Of a stretch of 64,000 nucleotides of DNA, positions 13,401 through 25,329 are shown piece after piece. How positions within the stretch are numbered: position 1 is the first letter of the stretch; the number at the start of each line of letters is the position of its first letter. Where the stretch lies: positions 868,001-932,000 of the forward strand of contig NIVC01000012.1 in the NCBI GenBank assembly GCA_002269645.1, read 5' to 3'. Both the position numbers and the translations under genes were made by a program. The stretch is from Macrostomum lignano. Its lineage: Eukaryota. The notes under the pieces are model-generated. The model saw only the letters and a list, made by a program, of their open reading frames with translations. It did not search any database and was not told the DNA's origin.

Positions 13401-16400
13401 AAGGACTGGGGGTTGCAATGGATCGATAATTAAAGGACTGGGGGTTGCAATGGATCGATAATTAAAGGACTGGGGGTTGCAATGGATCAATAATTAAAGA
13501 ACTGGGGGTTGCAATGGATCAATAATTAAAGGACTGGGGGTTGCAATGGATCGATAATTAAAGGACTGGGGGTTGCAATGGATCAATAATTAAAGAACTG
13601 GGGGTTGCAATGGATCAATAATTAAAGGACTGGGGGTTGCAATGGATCGATAATCAAAGGACTGGGGGTTGCAATGGATCGATAATTAAAGGACTGGGGG
13701 TTGCAATGGATCGATAATTAAAGGACTGGGGGTTGCAATGGATCGATAATTAAAGGACTGGGGGTTGCAATGGATCGATAATTAAAGGACTGGGGGTTGC
13801 AATGGATCAATAATTAAAGTACTGGGGGTTGCAATGGATCGATAATTAAAGGACTGGGGGTTGCAATGGATCGATAATTAAAGGACTGGGGGTTGCAATG
13901 GATCGATAATTAAAGACCTGGGGGTTGCAATGGATCGATAATCAAAGGACTGGGGGTTGCAATGGATCGATAATTAAAGGACTGGGGGTTGCAATGGATC
14001 GATAATTAAAGACTATGGGTTGCAGTGGATCGAAAATTAAAGACTGGGGGTTGCAGTGGATGGATAATTTTGCAATGGATTGATAATTGAGGACTGGGGG
14101 TTGCAGTGGATCGATGACGATAATAAAGGACTGGGAGGTTGCAATGAATTGATAACTAAGAACTGAGCCGCATTGCAGAACCAACCGTAAAATGCAAAGT
14201 CGCCATTAGCCAGTGGTATCCGCCTGATCGGAGGCGAACGAGGCGGCGGAAGCAGCGGCGGCGGTGTCGGCCGATGCGAGCTGTCGTTTCGACCGCCGCT
14301 TGAGTCGGTGGAGCTGGCCGCTGTGGGGCCGCCTTCGCTGCCTTTCCGCTGCGGTCCTAACGAGTTTAGGGTGACGTTTTAGTGCGCTGTCAGACATTGT
14401 TGCGTCTGAGTGCACAAGAAACTGTTTTAAAGAGTCCATTTTGGCGCCTTCTGAGTATTGTTTCGGCGCCTTTTGGAAGCTACATCTATTTTGACGCCAT
14501 TTGGAATCTATTTTGGTGCTATCTAGAATCTTTTTTGGCGCCATCTGGAATCTATTTTGGTGCCATCTGGAATCTATTTTGGCGCCATCTGGAATCTATT
14601 TTGGCGCTATCTGGAATCTATTTTGGCGCCATCTGGAATCTATTTTGGCGCCATCTGGAATCTATTTTGGTGCCATTTGGAATCTATTTTGGCGCCATCT
14701 GGAATCTATTTTGGTGCCATTTGGAATCTATTTTGGCGCCATCTGGAATCCATTTATTGTCTCCTGCGATCAATTTGACATCAGTCTAATCCGCTTCTAA
14801 ACTCGACCCCTGTAAAAGTGCATAAAAATACATCACAAGCTTCAATACTCACTTTCGCTATCTGAATCTTTCTCGTTCATAGACGACGAAACTGCCAGAT
14901 CGTCGATCAGTTTCTCGGCGTCTAGCGCGGCACCGAAGCTGGCCGAAGGGTCTGCAATTGTGAGGCATTGGAGAATTCGTGAAGTATTTTTACACTCTAG
15001 CTGGCGCTTATCTTAACCACACCTGTTCTAGCTGGCGCTTATTCTAACCACTAGCTGGCGCTTATCCGAACCACACCTGTTCTAGCTGGCGCTTATCCTA
15101 AGCACACCTGTTCTAGAGCTTATCCTAACCACACCTGTTCTAGAACTTATCCTAACCACACCTGTTCTAGCTGGCGCTTATCCTAACCACTAGCTGGCGC
15201 TTATCCGAACCACACCTGTTCTAGCTGGCGCTTATCCTAAGCACACCTGTTCTAGAGCTTATCCTAACCACACCTGTTCTAGAACTTATCCTAACCACAC
15301 CTGCTCTAGCTGGCGCTTATCCTAACCACTAGCTGGCGCTTATCCGAACCACACCTGTTCTAGCTGGCGCTTATCCTAAGCACACCTGTTCTAGAGCTTA
15401 TCCTAACCACACCTGTTCTAGAGCTTATCCTAACCAAACCTGTTCTAGCTGGCGCTTATCCTAACCACTAGCTGGCGCTTATCCGAACCACACCTGTTCT
15501 AGCTGGCGCTTATCCTAAGCACACCTGTTCTAGAGCTTATCCTAACCACACCTGTTCTAGAGCTTATCCTACCAAACCTGTTCTAGAACTTTTCCTAACC
15601 ACACCTGTTATAGAACTTACCCTAACCGCACCTGTTCTAGAGCTTATCCTTACCCTGCTCGGACATCTGCTATAAATGTATAGTTTCTTAGACGGCCCAA
15701 TACATTTTAAATTTTCTGTTTTGGGCGTAAGAAATAAAACTTGCTGTGCAACTAGAACAAAATCTGCTCAAAGCTAGATATGAGCTCCATACTGAGAACA
15801 CTGTATTACACGAAGCTATTTGCTTTGAAGTTAGTGCGGGGCGGGTTTACTGAATGATAAGCTAACTATGCAATTGGTTACAATGGTTTAAACCAGAGCC
15901 ACCTGGGTTGTTCGCAGTCTCTACGCTCGTATCTTATCAGTAAGTCACACGGCAACCTCATGGCGGGAATGTAGCTTTTATTTTGTTTTATTAATGCTCC
16001 TATAGGATTAATCAGCGATGAAAATGGAAATTATCATTACCAGGGGCTTTAGCACCAGGGGCTTTAGCACCAGGGGCTTTAGCACCAGGGGCTTTAGCAC
16101 CAGGGGCTTTAGCACCAGGGGCTTTAGCACCAGGGGCTTTAGCACCAGGGGCTTTAGCACCAGGGGCTTTAGCACCAGGGGCTTTAGCACCAGGGGCTTT
16201 AGCACCAGGGGCTTTAGCACCAGGGGCTTTAGCACCAGGGGCTTTAGCACCAGGGGCTTTAGCACCAGGGGCTTTAGCACCAGGGGCTTTAGCACCAGGG
16301 GCTTTAGCACCAGGGGCTTTAGCACCAGGGGCTTTAGCACCAGGGGCGCCAGCACCAGGGGCGCCAGCACCAGGGGCGCCAGCACCAGGGGCGCCAGCAC

Positions 16401-19114
16401 CAGGGGCGCCAGCACCAGGGGCGCCAGCACCAGGGGCGCCAGCATCAGGGGCGCCAGCATCAGGGGCGCCAGCACCAGGGGCGCCAGCACAAGGGGCGCC
16501 AGCACCAGGGGCGCCAGCACCAGGGGCGCCAGCACCAGGGGCGCCAGCACCAGGGGCGCCAGAACCAGGGGCGCCAGAACCAGGGGCGCCAGCACCAGGG
16601 GCGCCAGCACCAGGGGCGCCAGCACCAGGGGCGCCAGCACCAGGGGATTCGCCATCTTGACTGACTATCAGTGACACTGGCAACGCCCTCAACCCATCTA
16701 TGACCATAGACAAACCAAGCGATTGCGCTGGTAGCAAAACTCTGCATTAAACTTCAGCATGGCGCAGTTGCATATAAGCGAGATTCTAGACTTGGCTACA
16801 GCAACTGACAGTACAGACAGAAAAGTGGCTTCAGCAAAAAATAGGAAATTATTCGTGCAGATCGATATTATAGCTCTTGGCCGTTTGCGCAGATCAATAC
16901 CAGAGTATATTAAGGCAGAGAAGGCACTTAAGCCTGCTGCCAACCGCCACCATACTAGCTTTTTGTGCAACGTAAGTCCGCAGACAATGCAGTGTGCAGA
17001 GCTTCTGTTGGTGGGCTGTTATTTTTAAGGACTAGAAAAGAAGATCCTGTAGATATGGCAGGACGCTTGACATTGGACGAGTATATTTTTGGAAAGTCCT
17101 ATTAAACCAAGGCATTGAATTCTGAATCTCTAAATTGGAATAAGTCCTAATCTTTTTAGTATGTGATAAATTTGATAATATGAGAGTGATAGTGAAGTTT
17201 CGTGAATTTTTTATTGTCGCCTCGTCCATCGTTTAGCTTCGCAGTCCCATAATACTTTTCAATATCCTTCACGTTCATTCGCTCTGCTGCCCTCCCTCGC
17301 CCTCCCATCATTCCTCTTTCCTCTGTATCTCCGCCCCATCTCCCTCTCCCCTGTCTCCCTGTCTCTCCGCCCCCCTATCTCCCTCTCCCCTGTCTCCCTG
17401 TCTCTCCGCCCCCTTATCTCCCTCTCCCCTGTCTCCCTGTCTCTCCGCCCCCTTATCTCCCTCTCCCCTGTCTCCCTGTCTCTCCGCCCCCTTATCTCCC
17501 TCTCCCCTGTCTCCCTGTCTCTCCGCCCCCCTATCTCCCTCTCCCCTGTCTCCCTGTCTCTCCGCCCCCTTATCTCCCTCTCCCCTGTCTCCCTGTCTCT
17601 CCGCCCCCTTATCTCCCTCTCCCCTGTCTCCCTGTCTCTCCGCCCCCCTATCTCCCTCTCCCCTGTCTCCCTGTCTCTCCGCCCCCCTATCTCCCTCTCC
17701 CCTGTCTCCCTGTCTCTCCGCCCCCCTATCTCCCTCTCCCCTGTCTCCCTGTCTCTCCGCCCCCTTATCTCCCTCTCCCCTGTCTCCCTGTCTCTCCGCC
17801 TCCTCTCTTCCTCTCCCCCTCTCCCCCTGTCTCCCTCGCCCCCTCTCTCCTTCTCCTCCTCTCTCCCTGCCTCGCCGTCTCGTGTCTCATCTCTTCTTTC
17901 CTGCCTTCTTCTCTCCCTCTCTCCCTCTCCCTCTCTCATCTCTCCCTGCCTCCCTTTCTTCCTCTCTCTGTCCCCTCTCTTTACCTCTCTTCATCCCTCT
18001 CTCTCTTTCTATTTGATTTTTTCCAACCAGGACAGTGGGAATTTGACTAATAGAAGCTTGGGTTAGTTGACATCCACCACTTGCCTCTCTCCAGTGTTGC
18101 TAAAGGTGCAGGTTTACTAATATTAGTTCAACCGTCTAATTTTTATTTTTCAAGAATTTTGAACTCCAACCAGCGATCAATGCCTCCACCTCCGCCACAT
18201 CTGCTTTGACCACGAATTTCCACCACTGTCTGTACCATGATGCTCACCTGGTACGCACTGACTCGCGGCTGATTTCGCCGACTGCCTGAAGCCGGCCTTG
18301 CAGCCTCCGCAGCCAACAGCCGGGGTCTCTGCATCGCAGCTGACAACAATTCTATTTAGTTCTCGGCAGCTGGCTCGAATTCTACAGGCATCGGTTTCGA
18401 CTGCGCCGCCGTCGCCGCCGCCACGACTGGCGCTCGACTCAAGAAAGTTGACCAAGTTTTCTGCGATCAATAAATGAGAGAGGAAGCAGAAGGACATGAA
18501 ACTGGGTTTCTCGGAAACTTGTCAATCAAAATTGTCATATTCTAATCAAAATTGCCTGCTCAAGTATTTCGTTGACCTTTGCAAGGTTGTTGCTTTTTCT
18601 ATTCTTGTTTCCGATTTTTTCAGCTTGAAAGCTTGAATATTGTCAAACTTTTAATTCGTTGAAGACAGAGAGTCTATAGAGAATGCATGATGCGTTAGTT
18701 ATGTTATTTAACGATCAAGCAATAAACAATTTACGATATCAGTATTTTTAAGCCGTTGTGCAAATTTTGTTATTTCAAAAATAGGGCAAAAATAAATTAT
18801 TTATTTATTATTTATTTATAAAACTTTTAATTACTGTCCTTGATATTGAATCTGTAACTATACATTAAAATATATGAGAGTAAAATACAGACAGACGCAC
18901 TAATAATTTAAGCCAATTAAGGTTTCTTTATTAACACAAAAAGTAGGAAACGAATCAAAGATCTTACATGAATCATAATCGTATAAGCCAAAAAAACTAT
19001 TTGTCCCCCCCTGATCAACTCACTTTTATCAACAGAATCTTTGATTCTGTCAGCTGTCGATAGGCATGCAATGAATATTTGTAGTAGGATTATTACTAAA
19101 ATTAGTTTCACCAT
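10493..19114 (-). CDS. NPDC1: NPDC1/cab-1-like type I membrane protein, 334 aa; exons 19114-19024, 18460-18248, 14951-14853, 14356-14186, 13072-13006, 12899-12744, 11911-11812, 10600-10493
   Basis: Exon lengths sum to 1005 nt with compatible phases. Signal peptide [21 protein letters not shown]; Cys-rich domain ([17 protein letters not shown]); [28 protein letters not shown]1 motifs [33 protein letters not shown] and EMEVRNPLF. Intron 6 needs a GC donor. Further exons between 14951 and 18248 cannot be excluded. Confidence 0.9.
10745..11672. repeat. Minisatellite, 28-bp unit GGCTGGC(A/C)CAGCAACTGAGGATCTGGGA (NPDC1 intron 7)
   Basis: Direct tandem periodicity. Confidence 0.95.
12052..12706. 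repeat. Minisatellite, 28/31-bp unit CAGCCTCCCAGATCCCCAGTTGCTGGGC (NPDC1 intron 6); reverse complement of the 10745-11672 unit
   Basis: Unit matches the reverse complement TCCCAGATCCTCAGTTGCTGGGCCAGCC. Confidence 0.95.
13150..14150. repeat. Minisatellite, 32-bp unit ACTGGGGGTTGCAATGGATCGATAATTAAAGG (NPDC1 intron 4)
   Basis: Direct tandem periodicity. Confidence 0.95.
14480..14745. repeat. Minisatellite, 22-bp unit CTGGAATCTATTTTGGCGCCAT (NPDC1 intron 3)
   Basis: Direct tandem periodicity. Confidence 0.92.
14997..15650. repeat. Minisatellite of CCTAACCACACCTGTTCTAG-type units arranged as a 139-bp higher-order repeat
   Basis: The short variant (AACCA)CTAGCTGGCG recurs at 15051, 15190, 15329 and 15468. 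Confidence 0.9.
16036..16646. repeat. 15-bp array: 20 x AGCACCAGGGGCTTT, then 20 x AGCACCAGGGGCGCC
   Basis: Counted directly; block switch at 16335/16336. Confidence 0.95.
17335..18010. repeat. Pyrimidine-rich 39-bp minisatellite (to ~17790) grading into CT low-complexity DNA
   Basis: Unit CTCCCTCTCCCCTGTCTCCCTGTCTCTCCGCCCCC(C/T)TAT. Confidence 0.9.
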
Positions 19115-19764
19115 AAAGCATTTAAACTTGGGGCTTAAAGCCAATGCATTGTGCTTTGACGTTTAAGGTTATTTAGGTGATATTAAGATTTAAGCTCTTC
19201 TTGGTTTTACTTTTATAGTAAACCTTTTGTATTGCAAGTTTCAGTAAGTCGTCCAAGCCAAGACGTCGGGTAGTCCGGTTGTCCGTTGTGCACTTACTTG
19301 ATTAAATTTTATAGTGTCAAAAATTCTAAAATTCAAAAATGACCGCAAAATTGTCTTCACTAACACATTCCGTTAAAACAAATTTAAAAATTCAAATGCT
19401 TTTACGACGTTTGCACCATTTAAAATATTTACAAATAAATGACATTAAAAACAAATTTTATCTATTAAATATTTCTTCGTTTTGTATTGGTAAGAACAGA
19501 ACTCGAACGACTTGTGTATAAGACTCGTTTCTAAAAGTCTGTAACATAGCAAAAAGACCTACATGATGATATAAACATACTCGGCTTGAGCTTACATGTA
19601 TATACGTGATGATATTTTGTAGTAATACATGTACATGTGTGCCAAAACCAAACTACACATTTCATTCGTGTTTTCATACACATGTATCCATACATATCAT
19701 GCATGTGGTGTGCGTGTGTACGAGCATGCATTTATACGAGTATTCAGAATATTAAATGATCAGC

Positions 19765-20460
19765 AGGAGAGGAAAGGAGAGGAGAGAGGCGAGGAGAGGA
19801 GGAGAGGAGAGGAGAGTGGTGAGGAGACGAGAGGAGAGGAGAGGAGAGTGGTACGTGAGGAGAGGAGAGGAGAGGAGAGTGGTGAGGAGACGAGAGGAGA
19901 GGAGAGGAGAGTGGTACGTGAGGAGAGGAGAGGAGAGGAGAGTGGTGAGGAGAGGAGAGGAGAGGAGAGGAGAGTGGTGAGGAGATGAGAGGAGAGGACA
20001 GAGGAGAGGAGAGGAGAGGAGAGGAGAGTGGTGAGGAGATGAGAGGAGAGGACAGAGGAGAGGAGAGGAGAGGAGAGGAGAGGAGAGGAGAGGAGAGGAG
20101 CGGAGAGGAGAGGAGAGGAGATGAGAGGAGAGGAGAGTGGTGAGGAGAGAAGAGGAGAGAAGAATGGTGAGGAGATGAGAGGACAGGACAGAGGAGAAGA
20201 GAGGAGAGGAGAGGAGAGGAGAGTGGTGAGGAGAGGAGAGGAGATGAGATGAGAGGAGAGGAGAGTGGTGAGGAGAGGAGAGGAGAGGAGAGGAGAGGAG
20301 AGGAGAGGAGAGGAGAGGAGAGGAGAGGAGAGAGGTGAGGAGATGAGAGGACACAGAAGAGAGGTGAGGAGAGGTGAGGAGAGGTGAGGGGAGGAAAGGA
20401 GAGGAGAGAATAGGACAGGACAGGACAATATGAGAAGAGAGAGGTGAGGGAAGAGAGAGC
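19765..20460. repeat. (GGAGA)n microsatellite / purine-rich low-complexity DNA
   Basis: Pentanucleotide periodicity. Confidence 0.95.
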
Positions 20461-20479
20461 TGAGAAAAGACACAAACAT

Positions 20480-20585
20480 CAAGCGGGCCCGATTGCTATT
20501 GTGAAGATTCAAAGGACCCAAGGGCCGGATAGAGAGGCTTTGCGGGCCACATTTAGGCCCTCAGGCCGGAGTTTGCCAACCCCTG
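20480..20585. mobile_element. Probable end of a hAT-type MITE
   Basis: Ends GGCCGGAGTTTGCCAACCCCTG (reverse complement CAGGGGTTGGCAAAC), resembling hAT MITE termini; partner end not found. Confidence 0.4.
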
Positions 20586-23500
20586 TTTTAGTATTCAGCC
20601 CTTTTACTTTGGCATCTCTGATCGAAATTCCGAGTCCGTCGCAATCCCAAGACTTAAACCGCTTCTGGCGCTGCAACTAAAAGCACAAAAATGCCGTCAG
20701 TTAAAAGGATAAAGAGACGGCGCCACGAGGAACTGAAGGAGGCAGCCAAGAGATCCAGAAAGTTACTGGTCTTGGCCTGGCAATTTTCTGGCAGTTTGAA
20801 TTAGTTGAAAATTCGAACATTTTTCAGACTTTGGCCACTTGCAACACAGAATTGAATATTGGCCTGGTTGTCACAATTAATGTCGCAAGCAGGGAGTTAC
20901 GGGTGCCCTTAGAGATTACAAAAAATCATGTTCAATGTGCCCTCCCACCAATAGCCCCCCCCCCCCCCCCGACTTTGAAATAAGTTCCGACACCGCTGGA
21001 CACATTTTAGTACATTTTCACTTAAGCACAAGAGTAGCTTTAAGCCTTAAATTGTTTATGTCACTGCTTCAGTTGCGGATCCAGAAATTTTTAAACAGGG
21101 GGGGGGGCGCAGACTACTAAATCTAAAGTGCATGCTTATGCATCAAGGACTACTCAAGTAACATATCTATATCTACTTAGGTTGTCCATGGTTTTTGGTA
21201 CCCGCCGCGGCCCCCCCCCCTGCCTACGCCACTGATAATGTGTATTTTCCATATAAAAAAAATTTAACTCTTACCGGGGGGGGCGGCGCCGTGTGCGCCG
21301 GGCCCCCCCTCTAAATCCGCTTATCTGCTTACATCTGAAAGGCTTATCTGCTACATGCACAATACGCTCGTACAATTGAGGGTGTTTGCACCCTGCCCGC
21401 AAACTGTAACGGTTAACGCGAACCTGCTTCCCGCCCCGCCGGAGCGCCCGGCCCTCACACCAGACAAGCCCGGCCGGCCTTGCCCCAACACGGAGAGAGC
21501 CAAAAAAAAATTTTCCTTTCTCTCCTCTCTCAACCCCCACCCTGACTCACACCATCAACCCTCGCTTTCCTTTCCCTCTTTTCCTTATCCACCGCGCAGC
21601 GCAACAAACCACCGCGCCACCCCACAACATGTACTCTCTAAACACGCGGAGCACACGTGCCACGTCGTACATAGGCGACCACGCCCCCTCTCTCCCCCGG
21701 CAGCAAGGGTTTATTTTAAATGTACACTGTGGATGGAAAATTAGTCTATCTGCCTGACCCTCTAACTATTCACAAGATCGCGTTAAGCGAGAAGAAGCAA
21801 GCGCCAGCGGAAACCTTTTGTATTATATTCTTTGCGTTCTCTGCTGCAAACTGTTTCCTTCATTGCTTTGCTTACGGTACTAAGTCTAAAGAAAGTTTAG
21901 CAAGGTAAGTTTTTGCCAATACTTCTGTTTAAATATGCCAGCCTCATGGCCCTCGAGGCCATGTTGGGTTAGCTTAATGAATTAAATCTAGAATAAAGCT
22001 AGGCTAAGCTTTGATAGGGCAGGCTTAAGAATTGCCTTTACAGTTAACAGCATTATAATTCGTTTTTTGGCAATGTCCTAGTCTCCCACATTAATTTTTT
22101 TGATACCAAATTTTAGTGTTCCGTCATAAGGAGTGTCCAATCACTGTAGCTGTAGCCATAAGCAAAACTATGGCTTATTCCAATTCTCCATATTCCGTAG
22201 CGGTAGGGACCCCAATATTACCATATTCCCGTAGTTCCCATAGCCGTAGCTGTAGTTTTAACAAAAAGTCTAGAAAACAAAATATTTTGAATCAAAAAGA
22301 TAACCTAGTGCTTAAACAACTGCAAATAAGTTAGAAAATAAAAGAAACACTCAATTGCCTTTATAAGATTATATTTTGTCTTTTATAGAGCAAAAATACT
22401 TAATCATTACTGAAAGTACTAATGCTGAACTTTTTCATATTAATAAAAGTTAGAGTTTGCTAGTGTTTAATTGTACTTAATTAGAAATGCTAAATAATAG
22501 TTTGTTTTAATGCGCAAAATAAATTGGGGAAATAATTTTTTGTTATAGATGTATTGGGAATCCAGGGGTATATATAGGAGTGGTTTTGCGACAAATATAC
22601 TCCAACTATCTTTTACCTGTGAGCAATATTGCAAACAAAATAAGCAGTTCAATCTAAACCTTTCAAAGTTTTTCGAGTTGGATAGCGACTTATTCATTTG
22701 CAAAGTCTGAGAAATGATTCCAAGAGATTTGCTAAGAAAGGGAATCGGGGAATAACTCACAGTAGTATTACGAGAGGCGCCGTGACCCTCTAGTCTCGGT
22801 AACACCCGATTAGGACTATTCACTAATACATATACCAGTACTAGACCACTCAGGCCATAAGCTACCAGAATGCTACCAGAAAGCAAGCCATAAGCTACCA
22901 GAACGCTACTAGAGACGCTACTAAGAATGCTACCCAGAATTATTTAAATGAAATTCTAAGAAATAGTTAGGGAGTAAAAACAAGTATAATCAGGATAACT
23001 GTAGGAATAACCCCTGTAACAACTTGGTGATAGTTAGTGAAGTTAGTTGGAGGACAGAAGAAAAAGCCCTGTTACAACTTTGGTGGCATAACGGTGGAAT
23101 TTTATAGAGAGCCAAAAAGCCTGTAACATTTGAAATGGCTGTTTTTTGCTAAAAGTAATATTTTTTGTCTTAAGTTTGATTTACTGGTGATTGTGTTAAT
23201 ATTTTCTATTTTAGTTTCCAATTATTTTTAAAGAGCTTTTGACATTAGTTGATATTTGACTACATAATTACATTAGCCTTGAACTTGGCTAGTTTTTGTA
23301 TATTGACTGTGTATACTCCATGCTGAACCTAAAAATTCTATATGCCAAGTATACACCAAGATTGTCAGTGAGAGCAAAAAAGGCTACCTTCCAAATGGCA
23401 AACTATGGCCAACCCAGCCCATGGGGGGGAACACCCCATATCCCTCCTTTGCCTATGCCACCACTAGACTAAGGCTCATTCATAATCACAATCATTTTTA

Positions 23501-23999
23501 TAAATTTATGATTTCAAAACCAATTAATTCATTGTCATAATTTTTTCCTAGCATAAGTTTTTCATTGACCATAAAAGCTATGGCAACTCCTTCTTGGCTA
23601 TAGTCTAGATCATGCTAAGTGCATGCCTGAACAAAAATCAAATAATTATAAATGCATACCAAAAAATTGAGTGCATGCCCATTCTAAAAATATTGCCAAT
23701 AGTGCAAAAATAAATGACCTATTTTTATATTTTTATAATAGTGATAGACCAAAGGTAGATTTTTGCAAGCTTCTGAAACCAAATCCAAATGTACAAAAAA
23801 TTCCAAATCAGAAACCAAATATATGTGCAACAATTGGCTAAGTTGGCCAATCTGGCCAACCAATTTGGTGGCCAACCAAAGTAAGTCGCAATATTGATCA
23901 ACTCCCAAAAACAAAGAAAAAAACAAAAGGGAAAAGTAAAAGGAAAAAAGAAAGAAAGGAGCAAAAAGAAAGAGAAAAACACAAAGAGTTGTAAGTGCT

Positions 24000-24330
24000 A
24001 TAAGTTGCAGCACTGAAGGTGAGCTAAGTCCCAGCAGGACCAAGCTAAGTCGCTGCAGGACCATGCTAAGTTGCAGCAGGACCGATCTAAGTCGCACTAA
24101 GGATATGGTAAGTCGCACTGAGGACAAAGTAAGTTGTACCAAGGGCAAGCTAAGTTGCAGCAGGACAAAGCTAAGTCGCAATAGGTCTGAGCTAAGTCGC
24201 AGCAAGACTGAGCTAAGTCGCAGCAGGACCAAGCTAAGTTGCACTGACTCCACTGAGGATGAGGTAAGTCGCACCAAGGGCAAGCTAAGTTGCAGCAAGA
24301 CCAAGCTAAGTTACAACAGGGCTGAGCTAA
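24000..24330. repeat. Degenerate 21-bp tandem repeat built on GCTAAG(T/C)CGCA
   Basis: Unit e.g. GCTAAGTCGCAGCAGGACCAA; the same motif is dispersed elsewhere in the window. Confidence 0.85.
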
Positions 24331-25329
24331 GTTGCAGAGCATCTTTTAAATGTTGTTTTTTATCCTGTTTATTTTTAATAATAAAATAGTATTCTAGGTT
24401 TTGGGGCTTGATACTGGTTTTTAATTAGTAGCGGGTGTTTAGATTTTGCTTCTTATTTCAATTGCCTAAGTCAAGTCTTAGGGGTCAAGGGGTTAATCTC
24501 CTCTTGGATTGTACTGATTGTAACAAAGTAGTGGGTCTTACTGATTTTAAATTGCCAATTCAAATCTTGGAAGCAATATACGAATGCTAAGATTCAAATC
24601 ACTAGGCCCAATAGCTCCAAATACATAAATTCCTAGATACTCCTCTTGAAGAGTTTAAGAGTGGTGATCAGTCACTAAAAAACTCCCACTTCTAGACACT
24701 GGGGAACAAGTGCCTAGGTATTTACCAGTTCAAATAACTTACTGCAGCGGATCCTTTAGCGGCTTGTAGGCTTCTTGGTTTGGCTTAGGTGACTCAGTAT
24801 CTCCGGGAGTCCTTGACTTTATCTGTGGGTCGACCAAAAACGAGAGCGAATCAGAACTTCTTGATGGTCCTCGAGCTCGGAATTAACAGTAGAACGTGCG
24901 CCCTAATGAACAATTGAATTCTCTAATTTTCTGTGATAGGTCCTCCTGAAGGGCGTCTTCTTCGTTATGTCCGAAACGTAACGGATAACTCAATTCAATT
25001 CAATCAATCCTCTAGGAATGTATCCTAGGAAACAAGGAGGCCTTTCTCAAATGTGTCGACAATAAGTGACTCTCGTAAACTCAATTAATCAACTTATTAG
25101 CGCTATTAACAATTAACTAAATCGGGTAAACGCTTACCAATTGGACAGGTGTGGTCCCTCAGAGATTGGTCTTCTTATTTCTTCGGAGTCTTCTTAGAGA
25201 CCGCTCTGAGTCTTATTTTTTGACTCGAATTTTGACTTATATTTATAGCAAAATTTTGGAGAAAAACCGGTTTGGGATTGGGTATTTACTTAGGTCAAAA
25301 ATGTTTGATTAAGCGGTCATGCATGTTTG

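Noticed and set aside
14206-14544. 112-aa ORF taken as the NPDC1 exon frame
   Set aside because: It ends in a stop with no donor; the overlapping frame 14356-14186 has both splice sites and leads into the TM exon.
3242-16646. CRISPR-like arrays
   Set aside because: Units are adjacent with no unique spacers, there are no cas genes, and the context is eukaryotic.
17259-20521. Arg/Glu-rich and Leu/Ser/Pro-rich ORFs
   Set aside because: Products of CT/GA low-complexity repeats.
20690-21330. Basic ORF start (MPSVKRIKRRRHEELKEAAKRSRK) and G/C-run MITE-like pieces
   Set aside because: They resemble hAT 5' ends and short MITE termini, but no paired TIRs or TSDs could be established.
23684-24389. 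Leucine-zipper-like 206-aa ORF
   Set aside because: The heptad pattern comes from the 21-bp DNA repeat.
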